From Camelus dromedarius (Eukaryota): DNA of 64,000 nucleotides. This document shows positions 62,600 to 64,000 of the stretch, one piece after another. The position numbers and the translations under genes are program-made. The notes below the pieces were generated by a model. That model saw nothing but the letters and a program-made list of their open reading frames with translations, did not search any database and was not told where the DNA came from. Each line of letters begins with the position of its first letter. The stretch's first letter is position 1. The stretch covers positions 29,512,001 to 29,576,000 of the forward strand of contig NC_087442.1 of NCBI RefSeq assembly GCF_036321535.1. Direction: 5' to 3'.

Positions 62600-64000
62600 C
62601 TACAAGGAAAATACAGAACTTTAAAAAACCCAATGTATTATCTTTCAAACATGTGAAAAAGAAACAAACAAAATATGTATCCTCAAGAGTCTGAAGTCCT
62701 TCCCTTCTCCCAGTATCTAAAAAAAATTTAATATTTACCAAAGGAAAAAGGGTCACAAATTTCAGAGAATCTGGAACAAATATTAAAACTATCTGACAGG
62801 GTGATTAAGCAAGCTGTTTTCAGGAGATCTAGAGATGGGTGAGAGAGCAGATTCAGCCTGGGTGGGCATGGAGTTCCTTCTTAGGCTAGAGTAGACACAC
62901 TTCGGGCCCAGACTTTTACATGCTTATAGAACCCCTTCACAGGCCTCCAGATTGAACTCTGTTCCAAACTCTTTCATGGGCCCTAGAAGCCAAACACCAA
63001 TATATGCCTTGCTCTGGGTGTGTGCTACATTTATGTCGCTATGGTATTCCCCACCCAGAGAAAGTCATATAGTAAAAATAACACTCTTTGTACCCAGTGT
63101 TTTCACAGTTGCATTCAGTAGCTATCATAATATCAACCACATAGATGTTATTCAATCATATCTGCTGTTCATTCATTCATTCACTATTTATTTATAAATC
63201 ATCTACTATGTGCCAGGCATCAACAAATGAATAAGTGACTCCATTCCTTTAATACTTATTAATTCATATTTTTTACTAATTTTCAATTTTTCTTTGCTCA
63301 CTGTTTGATATATACCAGCTAGTTAATTGACAGAGCTAAAAATGATATAATATTTAATATATTCAATACATTATTTCCATTAGAAATAGGAAAAAAAAAA
63401 AAACAGAACTGGAGAGAGCCCTAAATGTGATCTGCATTGTAGCAATGTTTCTAATTGTCTCCCTTGGCATCACTGTACATCATATTTCTAGGATTGACTT
63501 TTTTCTTCATGCTCAGTATTAAATAAATAATAGGTTCATTTCATTATTGCAGAGTCATCTTTGGTGTATTAAAAGTAAGAAGAATTTATTAATAAAAATT
63601 TGACAACTGTGATATAACATAGCATTAGGCCCTTATGAAGCCTATAAGACAACTATTCTTAGGTTAAAATTATTAAAACAAAACATATTTCCAAGTTAAA
63701 AATAAGCTTCTCCTCAGTAGCTTTGTGACAATTGAGAAAGGAAATGCTCTTTTGGGGGGACATATTGTAAATTGTGCTGTAAAGCACAATGGTGGGAAAA
63801 CATAGCACCGCTATAGAGGCAACTCAAAAACTAGTAAAGGTATTTGCTAAAGGCCAGTTAGTGAAAGTTTAAAAGTGATTCTTTTACAATTCAGAAGGGC
63901 TTTTAGCAAAATTCAAATCTGCAAACATTCCCATCCCTCCCAAATAAATAATTGCAAACCAAAGCCTTATGCTTGTTGCCAAACCCGTTTAAAAGTCTTA

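Overview
Mammalian (very probably camelid, judged from its SINE and L1 tails) genomic DNA containing the 3' part of MET (HGF receptor tyrosine kinase) on the minus strand. Coding exons 6-21 (human numbering) run from 62599 down to the stop at 23830, followed by a ~1.9 kb 3'UTR ending near 21890; 1-21889 is repeat-rich downstream intergenic DNA. All visible exon boundaries are AG/GT. Exon lengths match human as I recall them, except exon 13 (154 vs 157 nt, one codon lost from the transmembrane helix) and the shorter exon 21 CDS. Exon 14, most of exon 15 and the activation-loop part of exon 19 lie in N-runs. I find no new gene or unknown multi-gene system. The best leads are: (1) an intact intronic-polyadenylation cassette right after exon 12 that would encode a secreted MET ectodomain (22-aa read-through tail, TAA directly followed by AATAAA); (2) loss of the human '+54 nt' exon 10 acceptor; (3) a shortened TM helix and an F-to-S change beside the InlB-binding lysines; (4) three miR-1/206 sites and a proximal AATAAA in the UTR; (5) co-oriented CTCF-like motifs downstream of the gene; (6) N-runs that keep exon length and fall on conserved sequence. 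All human comparisons and repeat family names are from memory, not computed; approximate repeat boundaries are flagged as such.
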